A DNA stretch of 64,000 nt. It comes from Hydrolagus affinis (taxonomy: Eukaryota). The stretch spans positions 1 through 64,000 of the forward strand of contig JAAILG010000190.1 in NCBI GenBank assembly GCA_012026655.1. Reading direction: 5' to 3'. The translations under genes and the position numbers were made by a program. Shown piece by piece: positions 51,881 through 64,000 of the stretch; the stretch's first letter is position 1; every line of letters begins with the position of its first letter. The notes under the pieces are model-generated. The model made no database searches, was not told where the DNA came from, and was given only the letters and a program-made list of their open reading frames with translations.

Positions 51881-53829
51881 GGAAGTTGTGTGCGAATAGC
51901 ATCTTAATTAAAACCTGATACCTCCTTCTTCTGTACCTAAGAGTTAGGGTGTCATGATACACTGGATCTCCTGCAGTTAACCATTGCAAACTAGAGAACC
52001 GCTGTCAGGTTTCTTTGTATATTTAGAGGTTGGATATGCAGGTACAGATAGAGTGAACTGAACTTGTACGAGGAAAATATAAGACTGAAACCAATCCTGT
52101 TTCTCAGAGACAGCACTATTCTACTCGAACAAAAGGTTTTGTAGTACACGTGCAACGAGTGACTGATATCATCCCATTCTTCAGTCACAGAAAGTCAAGG
52201 AATTCCGATGAACTGTCACTCAAAACGCTGGTGCAGTCTGTGGATCAGTGAGCACCCATCTCCAGACAGGTAAGTCATATTTTACACATTAGTGTTTGAC
52301 AGATATCCACTTCCACTAACTGCACTTTTTGCCCTTAATGAGCAAGTCGACAGCTAAATTCCTTCCACCATTGTTTGATTGTAACGTGTTCTGAAGAATG
52401 GAGAAACATTGCTTTTTGAAGTACGAGTGAAAATCCATTCATTCCTGAAGCTTTACCGGGAGAAATGTTTTCAATCCTATGATGCACCGCATCCTGTCTG
52501 GTAAATAACTATCGGAATTCAGTCTTTCTTATACCCGTGAGACTTTGTCCGTTGAGTGGAATAGCTTTGAATAAAACCAATCTCAATTCCTCTTGGGAAC
52601 TCCAGAGGTTTACTATATATCCAGCAGAGATTTGTTGAATAGCATTGAAGAAGGCGATTTTGCCATTTTCTGCTCACATCAAGGATTTAACCTGCCTCAT
52701 ACCCCCTAGAATATTTCTGATATTCAAGTGCTCTGAGATGCCATGTGGTGTGGAGGGTGCTATACAAATCCAAATTGTTGTTGTTGATATAAGAAGCAGA
52801 AAATTTCTTTACAGTAAATGTATAATTTAGATGCATCTTAATGATCAAACCAATCAACATCTTGACCATAATTGATCTATTTTCTGCACAATGTTTAAAT
52901 ATCCCTTAATCCCTTCATTTATCTGAATTCCTCCATTAGCATTCCAGGACAACAATTTACTCAAAATATTATGTTTTTATTGAGGTCCCAGTGGGAATAA
53001 TCTGTATAAATATTCATGGCAAATTGAATTTTTGGGGAAAAAAAATTATTTTGCAAATGCAACAGGATTTTGGTAACTTCAGATTCATTCAAGTAGATCT
53101 CCTGTAGTAATGCCACTTGACATATCAATTTATTCTGGATAATAACGCTCTATGGTGTTTTGTTGGCTTATTCAACCGTTTAATACTCCAAGTAACCACA
53201 TTCACTATTGACCTAAGCAACCTGGACAGATTGGCATCCACAGGGAGGGTTGGTGAACAAATTGAGAAACCATATGCCACTGAATATAGATGGAGAGAAA
53301 AAGCTTCCTCAACTGGTAAAGAGCATTGAATACCTTATGGAAGGGAAACGTCGGGCACTAAGAACAAGACACTTCATTTTATACTGACTGGAGGCTGAAA
53401 CGAGTTTTGGTAATGGATTCTAATATTTTAAGGTTATTAAAGAGTTGGGAATTTACCATTGTTTAACCTCTTCACTCAATTTACTTTTATTGCATAGGAA
53501 AGATAACATCAGCAAGACTCATAGATATAATTTTATTGGTTCTGTACACTTGTGGGATATTAATCATGATCCCAAAGTGTTTCATAAGTCACAATGGATT
53601 CTGTATTGTGTATATGCCCAAATAATGTGCATTAAATTAAATTGTTTTGAGCTAGCCGCTTCCACTTAAACTACTTGAGCTTCATTTTGGCCAAGCTGTT
53701 CATGAAATTTCCAATTTCCTTTCTTCCAATCTGGAGTAACTCCAAGTGACCTCTAGACTTAATCTACTTCATTCCTTAGTCTTGTTTTCCTGGGTTCACA
53801 TGGACAGACTTAGGGTAAATAGCCTTATG

Positions 53830-54163
53830 ATAATAACAATAAAAATAATCCTTGCATTTGATATAGGGCTTTTCACATCTTCTAGATGTCTCAAAGCGCT
53901 TCATTACTGTAAAGTAATATATGACATTACTGTAATGTATATTTGTGGGCGAAACACGGCAGCCAATTGTGCACAGCAGTGTCCCACAAACAGTCTTGGA
54001 TTGAAATGACCAATTTATTATTATGCTTTTTTTTTGGAGGGATTATTATTAGGTGTGTGGAGTCAGGAAACTTGCCCAAGGTTTCGCCCTGACCAGCCTG
54101 GATTCGAACACAGGTGTCACGCTTGTAAGGCGAGTGCTCTAACCACTGAGCTGCAGGAGCTCC
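53830..54163 (-). mobile_element. tRNA-derived SINE, full length
   Basis: Ends gcttgtaaggcgagtgctctaaccactgagctgcaggagctcca. Confidence 0.93.
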
Positions 54164-55599
54164 ACTATATACACACACACGTATATATATATAAATCATC
54201 CATAGAATACAAGCAGGTGGAGTACAACAGTGTGTTATAAGAACAGATTCACATCCTAAAGTTTTACTATTAGGGTTAAAATTTGCTCTAATAATAAAAA
54301 AAAACTGCAGGAGAGAGTACAGAATCTGTCCAGGGAGTAGGCTTGATGCTTGGAATGGCCCTTTCTTATTTGATACATTATGTTATGTTTCTGTTTAAAT
54401 AATTTAAAAGATGAATCCTCTCTCACTATTGCAAGAAGTAATGGTGATGTAAGTAGTTTTTACTCAGTGGTGAGGTAGCTTATGCCACACATGATATCAT
54501 TTTACTCTGGGAGCACCTTGACTATTTTTCATATCTGGCAGCTTGACAAATTGACCTCTTTGAAAAGAAATTTGTGTAGACAAGGCTTAGTGTTTGTCGT
54601 GCCGATGACTAATCTTTTATCATGGGAGTCAGTTTGTGTGTTTGCTCAGCTCTGCATTATTGCTCAATAAACTGTAGCTTTTTAAAATCCTTCCATGCTA
54701 TTCTGTTACCTCAATAAATCAAGAAGTCTTGTCGATAAATTAAAAGGAGCCTTAGGGCTCAAAGCTTCAAGCACAAACTAATCAGCCTCAGCAGTTCTCC
54801 TCCCAGCAGTTAAATCTGGCTATTTTTCACTGTACCTTACTTGTTTATTCCCCATCAATCACTGAACCTAAAACCTAAAGAATGTACATTGTATGTAATC
54901 TTCCTCTAAAACAAATCCAGCGAGGAAAAATAGTTACATCACTGTTAAAGTTGTGTGTTTGCCAACCGCCCACCTCATTTTCTGTCCGCTAATTACTGTT
55001 TTTCCTCAGGCACGTTCCTGCAATATTTGTGGGTCTGCTGAAGGGGCAAACTAGCATCTTCACTCTGTGGTGCTGTACGTTGGCAGATATCAGGCTGCCT
55101 TTTGTGTTTCCTCCCAGCTGAGTGTCTTTAAATGCATTGCATCTCTTGGAATATGTGTACTTGCTTCACGCGTGATGGAGGTTTTTGTAATTCAATCACA
55201 GAGGTCTTCCTCCCTCTTAGAATAAAATATCTTTCATCAAATACTTTGCGACGATAATTCCCCAGAGGCTTGGCCAGCTAGAGGCAGACAAAGTGGAGGT
55301 GAGGAGGATTCTCTCTAACTGTATAAGATAACCCATCCTTGCCAGTATGTCTCTCCTTGTGGTTTGCTAAGAACCTGATTGCAATCTGTCACACGTCCAG
55401 TCACTGGAACTTTGGTTATATTTAATATTGACTTGATATCGACAAGGCTTTTACCTTTATTGAAGTCAAACCATGTTACCAATACAATCATTTCACCCTC
55501 ATTTTGTACCTTGTTTCATTCTGCACAGATTCATCAAATTCCACATCCTTAAGTGTTCGGTGACTCAATAAGATAGGATTCATCTCAAAGGAGGCAAAT

Positions 55600-55880
55600 G
55601 ACAGCTGAAGGAGCGGAAAATAATAGGAAGGAATAAAACAGAGCTTTATTCTGAAAGAGACAGCTGTAAACCATGTGAGAGAGAGAGAAAGAGACACAGC
55701 TAGAGTATGAAACCAAATACAAAGACACAAAGGAGACAGAAAAGGGAGGGATGAAAACAAGAAGAGATTGAGAGGCACGCACAGCAGGAAAAAAAAAGTG
55801 AAATAAAATAAAATCGAAAATAAATTAGAAGTGAAACAAGGATGGAAACTCAATGAAAGAAACAATAAAGTCATCACTTA
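55600..55880. repeat. Purine-rich low-complexity tract
   Basis: GA/A-rich; accounts for the F/L/S-rich spurious ORF 55488-55877. Confidence 0.7.
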
Positions 55881-57149
55881 GAGAGCTGAACTTTTTTTAA
55901 AAAATTGTTCTCAAATGGCTGTGTGAGTGAGCCTTTCCTGTTACTGAGAAGCTGTCACCGTCTCAGCAGATCTGCAGTCACATTACTCTCGGCCTCTGCC
56001 TCACTTAACTGTTCCTTTTTATCGGCAGGTTTTAATTGTGGAGTAGTTAACTGTGTTTGACTGGTTTCAACCTCAAAAAGTGCTGCGATGGTGAGCTTCT
56101 CCGCGAAGGAGCTCTGAGGAGGAACATAAGTAAATCGACCATCAATAGACTTTCACTTCAAAACAACATTCGGAGAATTACCACTATTCTGTTATATTTG
56201 GATTACATTTTAAATGATTTTTAAGAATTGTCTATATGGAATGTTAAGGAGTTTGGTCAGTTTTGTTTCTTTTTAAGGGATTTTTTTCCTTATGACAAAT
56301 TGGCTCTAAAATCTGCTTAGTGTACATCAGGAATTGGAATAGGCAGAGAGGACACTGTGGATCAAAAGCACCACAGTTTATAACGGGGGCAGACAGTGGC
56401 TGGTTACCACTCAGGCATATCCACCACATCACCTGCTGCTACATAACAAGTCCATTCACTACCTTTGCTTGACTAATAGGTTCCATCGGGAGCATGCTTC
56501 AGATGTGTTTGTTAAACAGATTGTTAAGAGGCACGTCAACATTGTAGAGATGAAAGTTAGTCATATTCTTATTCTCAAGGAACAATGTGAATGACTCTAA
56601 ACTGTCCACGTGAGATCCTTCTTCCCGTCAAAAAAGTTTAAAATCATAAGCTTCAGTGCTTGTCGTAGACAAAATATCCCTTTGGTAACCATGAAAGGCA
56701 TGAAAATGTTTCTGTCACGTGTTTGTACTTAAATGTATTAAATATGTACAGTTCAAAGTCTTGTTGTACAAGTTCCGTTCAGCTGCAAAGATGTTATGCT
56801 AGAATTATTTGACATGTGCCTCTACGGCGAGGCTTTTGTGCTGAAGAAAAGGTATTAAGCTATTAGACTACATGGTTTTTCTACACTCAATTCCCAATGA
56901 GATAATCTGGGTATTAACTGGTGTATAGTGTAAAAGTTAAGGTCAGTTAAATGTATCAATGTGTGGGAATACATTTCCACAATGGCAAGCTGAAGCCAAA
57001 AGCAAGGACACTTTTAAACTGCCTTTGCATAAGCATTAGAGGTGCTATTTGTTCTGATTAACTCAAACTGCCTTCTGCTTCTTGCAAAAAGCTTATGGGG
57101 TAATGTTTGAAAGTTGTTTTATATTTCCACCTAAATGTACTTAACACAG

Positions 57150-57810
57150 CCATTGCCAACGCCTCAACTGTCTTTTCTCCTCCACATCCAAGCCAAGAAC
57201 CCGCTTCAGCCTTCCCTCACCTCTGCAATATTGCCCAAATCTGCCACTACCTCAGGCCGCTGGAACTCTCACTCATGCCTTCATTACATCCAAGCTCAAC
57301 TATGCCAACCCTTGTGCATTTGGAGTCCTGTAGCTCAGTGGTTAGAGCACTCGCCTTGCAAGCAAAAGACTTGGATTCAATTCCAAGCAGGGCGAAACCT
57401 TGGGCATTCACAACTCTGCAGCCCGTGTCCTCTCCTGCACCAAGCTCCGCGAACCTATCACCCGCTTCCTCACCCAGCTCTACTAGATTCCCATTACACA
57501 AAGGATTCAAGATCCTAGTCCTCTCCTTTAAAGCCCTCCACATCTCCACCCACCCCATCATCGGTGAGTGAGCCTTCAGACACTCTACCCCAACCTTTTG
57601 GAATTCCATTCCACAATGCCTCTGCCTCGCCCCTCCTTAGCCTCCTTCAAGTCCCGCCTCAAAACCCTCATCGCCCATGCCTTCCCCCACCCCATCCTCC
57701 ACCCTCCTGATCCTGAACACAGCTCAGGTCTGAAACACTAACTGTTCGTTGCCTTGGACCGTCCTCTCAATGTGAAAATTGCTATCAAATGTAATTTTAT
57801 TGTTGTTGTA
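57150..57810 (+). mobile_element. L2 3' fragment with a nested SINE head (57321-57405)
   Basis: Peptide SAFPHLCNIAQICHYL...FKILVLSFKALH, SFKSRLK and the L2 tail, interrupted by tggagtcctgtagctcag...ccttgggca. Confidence 0.88.
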
Positions 57811-58774
57811 TTTCTGTGTTACGCAATGCTATCCCGTGTGAAGGGGGCTAAGTTAATATAAGTTCTTATTGTTGTTTTTGTTGTGTAAGGGAGGGACCAA
57901 TAGTTGTGTAATTTTACAGCAGTGGGATTCTTGGAATGCGGTTACTATAGATCATGTTGAAAATGTAAATGTACTTGTATTCCACACATGGACACAGTGG
58001 TATTGATTTCAACCCCCGGAGAGATAGACTTTTGGAATCCAATTATACTTTTAAATTTATGGATATAATTTCCTTAGAAATGTGTGAATTTGCAGAAAAT
58101 TGCCAAGGGATAGAAATACAGTACTAGGTTAGTTTCCTTCCTCCTCCTTTCACTTCATCTCTGGAAAAATGTGGAAATTATTACATTATCCAAAGCCATA
58201 CATCTCATACATTGTCTATTCACTGATCAAAGTAAACACCTAGCTTTCCTCTCACCATCCCAATTATTTGTTTTGTAGTACAGCTGTTTCTCATGTGAAA
58301 ATTAATCATATCAGTAACCCAGGTAACTAAAGATCTCTGTCGTAATTCTGAACCTTCCCATGCAATCCAGCACACCCCATGTTTCCTAATACCCGTTTGA
58401 TTCATATTAATAATCTTTCCATCTGAGATGCTGCGTTGTATAAATGTAACTTGTTATTGCATTATCTGTGTTTCGGACCCAAATTACTATTTTTGTGTGA
58501 ATGTAGGAAGAAAATATTACGTACATGTGATTTACATCTCTGCAGATTTTTGGCTGTTTCACAAAAGGTGGATGTTGATTGTGGCTTTGTCTCCACATTG
58601 GTTGATTGGGCTGATACTTTTAAATTTGCCTCAACAAATAACCAAATAGAGTTTAGTTCCCGACATTTAACCCTTTCCGGGGAAGCTTGGGAGAATGGAA
58701 CATTGTTGGTTATTATGGATAAACAGCAAATGCTAATCCAGATTCTGTTCTTGTGTATGTACATTCACATATTA

Positions 58775-59063
58775 TAACAATACTTATATATTCTATTTCA
58801 TATCTAACATGTCAGAAAGTTTCAAAGCACTTCACATGATTCGCTGTAGAGAGTAGTGAGTGAGAGTATTTTCTCGGCGAATACCGCAGCCCCGCCTCAA
58901 AACTCTCCTCTTCAATGGTCCCATTGGCAACTCCTAATCCCAAACTTCCCTTCCCTCCCCTCCCCGTCCCCAGCTCGGTTCTGACACAGTGACTGTCCAG
59001 TGCCTTGGGACGTCCTCCTGACGTGAAAGGTGCTCTACAAGTGTAATTTTTTTTGTTGTTATT
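58775..59063. mobile_element. Minus-strand SINE tail fused to a plus-strand L2 3' end
   Basis: caaagcacttcaca...ggcgaataccgcagcc, then ccgcctcaaaac...tgactgtccagtgccttgggacgtcctcctgacgtgaaagg. Confidence 0.75.
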
Positions 59064-60267
59064 GCGTCACCTTAGACCAAGAGCTGATGGCGTTGAATGT
59101 TCCTGAATGGTTCAACAGACCACAGGGGAGTAACTCGCGTCCTCTATTAAGCTGCATACACGGGAATGGGGCTGCTCCTATCATCAACCCCCTTTAAGCA
59201 TAAATCTGCAGCAAGATACCAGCCTGGTTTGCACTAGCTCAACCCTAATTTATACTGTTTGAAATTTGCTGTCAAATGTGAAACATTAATGAGAAATCCC
59301 ATTAAGGGGAAGTCTAATGGCTTGCCGGGTAAGCTTACCGGTAATAGGAGCACATTACTGCAAAAAATATAGAGGAATAAAATGCTCATAATCTTCTAAA
59401 GTAAATCCAAAATTAATCATTTATGAATAATGTCTATGTCCGTGAGAAATCAGCCCTGGCTGGCGGCATAATTTTCCCCGTAAGGGATAATTTGTTGTGA
59501 GTCTTAAAATTATGCAGCATCGATTTTATTTCTCTTCAAATTCTATGCAGATTTTTTTGTAAGAATGCAAACAATAATTCACGAGGTAGTGATTCACGTG
59601 ACACCGGCACAATGGGCCGAATGACCTCTCGGACTGTGCAAAAAATGTCTGTTGCTGTGAGACTGTACATTAGAATCGACATTTCGAATCATGTGGTAAC
59701 AGAACTTTTCCTTCGGTGTAGAACAGAAACCAAGGCACCAGTTTCAGCCTTTGAAACTGTTCAGCAGGACATCACTGATTCCTTGGAGATGCACAAGAAA
59801 ATTCAAGATTTGTCTTATTTGACAAATTTTAGCACTTATTTGAAGGAAATACTGGGTGTAAATCTGCTCTCTTTAGTGCTATAAAGTCTTCTTTGTTAAT
59901 AATATGCACTGAAAGAATACTGAAGTTTCTAATTCTTTAAAACACTAGTATTTCATTATGGGGACTCCTAGACAACTGAATCATACACCTGAAGCCTTAG
60001 TAACAACATTTCCATTTCTAACAGAATGACTCAAAACATTTTTCTACAAATGTTTTTATCTTTTCGTGTGAGAGGGAAGAAAAGGTAGAATTTGATTCTT
60101 AAATTGCTTAGCACACTTCAAAATTACGTAGCAATCTAATTTTGAAAAATAATTGCTCTTGAAAAAAGGCAAATTGGATTCAATCTCCGGTTTGCTTACG
60201 TTGAATAGATTCGAACAACTCGCTGCATGAAAACATGTCTCAGAGGTGAGGTGAGATTGACTTTGAA

Positions 60268-60348
60268 GAGCTCTTTTCAAAGAGCCGGCACAGACTCGAT
60301 GGGCCAAATGGTCTCCTTTTGTGTTGAAATATTCCATGATTCTATGAG
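60268..60348 (+). mobile_element. CR1 3' UTR fragment
   Basis: gctcttttcaaagagccggcacagactcgatgggccaaatgg...attccatgattctatga. Confidence 0.85.
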
Positions 60349-63300
60349 ATTGTAAATCCAAACTACTAGACGTACAAAAAAAATCAAAAAATCTTGCAAC
60401 TTTAAATAACTCCCTTTGCAGTGTTTCTGGTGAATGAGGCAGTTTAACATGTTCTAATGTTGCCGCACTTCTTCTGACTTTTTCTATTGGTCCAGGCCCA
60501 ATTGTAGATCATTTTGTTGGTCAGCCAAGTGTCTGGCCCATCATCGTGCTTGACAGTATCCAAACCAGACTGAGAGGTAAGTCACCCACACACGTGGAAA
60601 TTTGCCTGTGTCTGGAATTGCTGAGTCTTTATCTCCTCCGGGGGTAAAAACCTGGACTTCCTATTGTGTCATTCTTAATTAACAAACTTATTTATAGGCA
60701 CAAGAACTTGTGGTTCAGCAGTTACTGTTGTCGCTTGTATTTGTGTTCTGGAGCTCTGCCAAACTGTAGTGGGTTGGAATTGTTTGCCAGCCACGCCACA
60801 TTTTCCGCTTTACAAAAAGATTCAGCAATTTAAATGCCCTCAATTACAGTGTTTATATAAAATCCGACCCTCCTAATCTTCGCTCCACCCACCCCCACCC
60901 ACCACCCAAAAGAAACATTTTGCCTTTAAACTTTTAAGCTCGAGAATGGTGGAAATTTTTTAAAATTCAAGATCTGCGTAAAGGTCAGCTTCGGCAATAA
61001 AAATTAAATTACAACAAAACAGTAACGCTAAGGTTACGATTCTGCAGAGTTGCCAGTCTCGGAACAGGACTTCTAAATGTATAAATTGTTGGAACAAGGG
61101 ACCATATTCTGTTTATGGAAGATCATCCAGGCTGTACTTTGTTGCTGGGCTGAATGCCTTCTCTTCCCATCTGCCGTTGCTATTAAGTCACTTTAGGCAT
61201 AAAATACTTGAATATCAGCAACTGAAATTGTAAATGCTGAAAAGCCCATTGGCTAAATTCCTACTTTTAAAATGCTTGGTATTTTCTTGGAATTTGCACA
61301 ATAAAATTGTTGTGCCCATGTTTTAGAATCAGAACAGAAGGAGAATCAACACTAATAATTCATCAAACTTTAGTATACAGTAAATATTCACTTGTATCTA
61401 TGAACAACGCTCTATTCACTGGTTTTTCTGTATTCTCTACCATATGGGGAGCCCTCAAGTCTTTTTGCATCTTTTAGAAACATCTGGTTTGCAATGAACA
61501 GATTAAGTTGACACAGATTCTGCAACCAAAAGGTGATTACTCTGAAAATATTTAAGGAAGGCCAATATCACTTAAAACATTCATTGTGATTTTTTTCTGA
61601 TGGCTGATGGAATGTCTGCTGAATGTTAAACTGTGTCGGCCAGCAAATATCCAGTCGCTGCACTTTACGGAGACTTTGTGAAGCGCTTTGAGGTTTTCTC
61701 TCTGCATTTTCAGCCTTGATCCATTAATTATTATGTGCAGATGTAGAACTTGACTAACCAATGCCAACCACCAGCGAATATTTTTATATTAACGGGAGAG
61801 TCAGAAACGTAGCAGAGTGTTGCTACCATTGAGGGTTTTTTCATATTTAAAAACTAATTTGAAATCAGCAAAATTATGATTTATATTTCAGGCGTTGGCT
61901 GTGATTCACTTCTGAAAGTACCTTCTAAAAGAAGATTTATACTGCAATTTTGATTGTGCAGTGTAATTGGGGCACAGTAGTTTTATATCTGTTCTCTCTT
62001 GTCTTTATTGTCTATTTTTCTTGTTCTATTCACTATATAATGAGATGTATCCAGATTTGTTCTTTACATCTGAATAGGTACACTGTATTATAAAACACTG
62101 GCCTGTCAAATCTAACATTATTCCATATTTTTGTGAATAAAATGCAGGGCCACATCTAGCGACTACAGGAAGAATTTATAATCACAGACAACAATTCTTA
62201 GTACTGTACTTTGTTTACTGCTTCTATATACTACCTCTACACTCCCCATTGGTTCTATAGCACATAGAAAATAACCTTGAAATTACATCATAAATGAGCT
62301 AACGTCTGAATGTTGGTCTACCACATTAACATGCATATACTGTACATACACTGAGGTGAGAATTCTAATACATTTGTTTCACTTCCAATTTATTTGGTCT
62401 TGAGAGAATTAATGGGTGCGGGAAAAAAAATTGTAATGCCACTTACAACCAAATGAACAGTACTATTCATTCCCCGTCAATATTGGATTGTTTTAAACTA
62501 CGAGTCTAATCTTTTAAAATTAAAATTTCAGGAAATGTATTGCTTATTCCCCAATACATTTTATACATCATTTTGTGAGTGCATACCCGAGCAGTCGACT
62601 GAGGCGGAGGATTCAGTGGCATTAATTAACTGGCTTAAAGTATTACACATATCTTGGTCACAGGTTATTTTTTTAATCCGTTAATTCATTAGTATTTTAA
62701 GTATGAAACTTTTCTCTATTAATCATGGAACAATGATATTGAAAGGCAGCTCAGCTTAATTGATAATTTGTGCCCTGGCATTTTTCCGAGGAAATAAGCA
62801 AAGTTTGCCAGAAAATAGTTATCGACGCTGACGAGATTCTTTTTTGATTTCTAATTAGCTCGAGCAACAGGCTTAATCAAACAAAAGAAAACTACATTTT
62901 ATATTGTTCAATCTCTTACAGTAAGTGAGAAGCACTGCAATGGAGCTCCTCGTTCCAAATGCCAATGACAAGGTTCAAATCTTAATTAAAATTTGATTTG
63001 TATCCTTTCAAGAAACGCTGTGAGGTGTTTCCTGTTAAACTAAATCTAGTTACCTCCCCCGTTACTGAGAATATCACAGGACAGAAACAGACCGTTTAGT
63101 TGTAATAGTCCTTTGCGAATATTTATACTCCACATGAGCCTTCAACCCTCCAAAACCTGCTCTCCTAGCCCCTTCTGTTCCCTTCCCCCTCATTGTACGC
63201 ATTACGTTTCCTCTTATATACATTGATGCTTTCTGCTTCAACCACAGCATATGTTGTAAACTGTAAATGTCTTTCAGAACTACACTGTGGGTTTGTACAG

Positions 63301-63423
63301 CTGGACTTTGTTGTCCTAGTTCGCTACCCTTTTGCCAGAGTTTAGAAATCGGATGCCATGAGAAGACACAACTGAAAACATGTACAGATAGATATATGTC
63401 AGTTATGTACAGATGTACAGATA

Positions 63424-63881
63424 GATAACTTCAGTTATGGGGAAAGGCTAGATAGGCTAGGTTTATTCTCTTTGGAACAGAGAAGGTTGAGAGTAGACCT
63501 GATAGAGGTTTATAATATCATGAGGGGATTCGACAGGGTGAATAAGGAAAAGCTGTTTCTACTTCGGGCGAATCTGTGACTCGTGGTCAAGGATTTAAAA
63601 TAGTTTCAAAACGAAGCAGAGGGGAGCTGAGGAGAAATTTTTTCACTCAGCGGATTGCTCAAATCTGGAATGCATTGCCTGAAAAGGTGGTGGAGACCAA
63701 TTCGATAACAGCTTTTAAAAGAGAATTAGATATTTATTTAGGGAGAACAGGTTTCTTAGGTTATGGGGAGAGAGCTGGGCAGTGGGATTCAGTTGCTCTT
63801 TTCAAAGAGCCGGCACAGACTAGATAGGCCGAATGGCCTCCTTTTGTGCAATAAAATTCTATGATTCTGTGATTCTATGAT
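63424..63881 (+). mobile_element. CR1 LINE 3' end, 5' truncated
   Basis: SYGERLDRLGLFSLEQRRLR.DLIEVY, TRGQGFKI...LRRNFFTQRIAQIWNALP...AFKRELD; (ATTCTATG)n tail. Confidence 0.95.
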
Positions 63882-64000
63882 GTGCAAGACCCAGGCAACG
63901 CATCCATAAACAATAAGGTTCTAGAGTTGGGAATGAGTATCAGAGCGCTTCACAGTAAATTAAGTGTACACAAAAAATAATAGGTTTGAGTAGCGGAGCT

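Noticed and set aside
55488-55877. 129-aa hydrophobic ORF
   Set aside because: Artefact of the CT-rich low-complexity strand.
1-64000. CRISPR arrays, rRNA, prokaryotic operons or intact autonomous transposons
   Set aside because: None seen. The DNA is eukaryotic with spliced genes, and all LINE copies are truncated.

Overview
This is AT-rich, repeat-dense vertebrate genomic DNA. The repeat families point to a cartilaginous fish, probably a chimaera (inference). Two convergent genes end in the window. On the + strand are the last three coding exons of SNX29: the PX-domain exons 17379-17519 and 22857-22996, and the terminal exon 38667-38793 ending ...EPQSGDL*. On the - strand is the terminal coding exon of CPPED1 (50441-50200, with the GHYH metallophosphoesterase motif). 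This matches the tail-to-tail SNX29-CPPED1 arrangement known in human. The remainder is intronic or intergenic. It contains about 20 copies or fragments of a tRNA-headed SINE with a shortened Deu-like body and an L2-type tail, older full-length Deu-SINEs, 3' ends of L2 and CR1 LINEs, microsatellites, a 100-N assembly gap and several repeat-free blocks that resemble conserved enhancers. I found no convincing new gene system. The best leads are a ~139-bp local sequence copied into an L2, inverted SINE pairs flanking the PX exons, an inverted pair of an atypical short SINE downstream of CPPED1, palindromic L2-tail fusions, two candidate alternative SNX29 terminal exons and a possible decayed tyrosine recombinase. 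Repeat boundaries are approximate and were read by eye.
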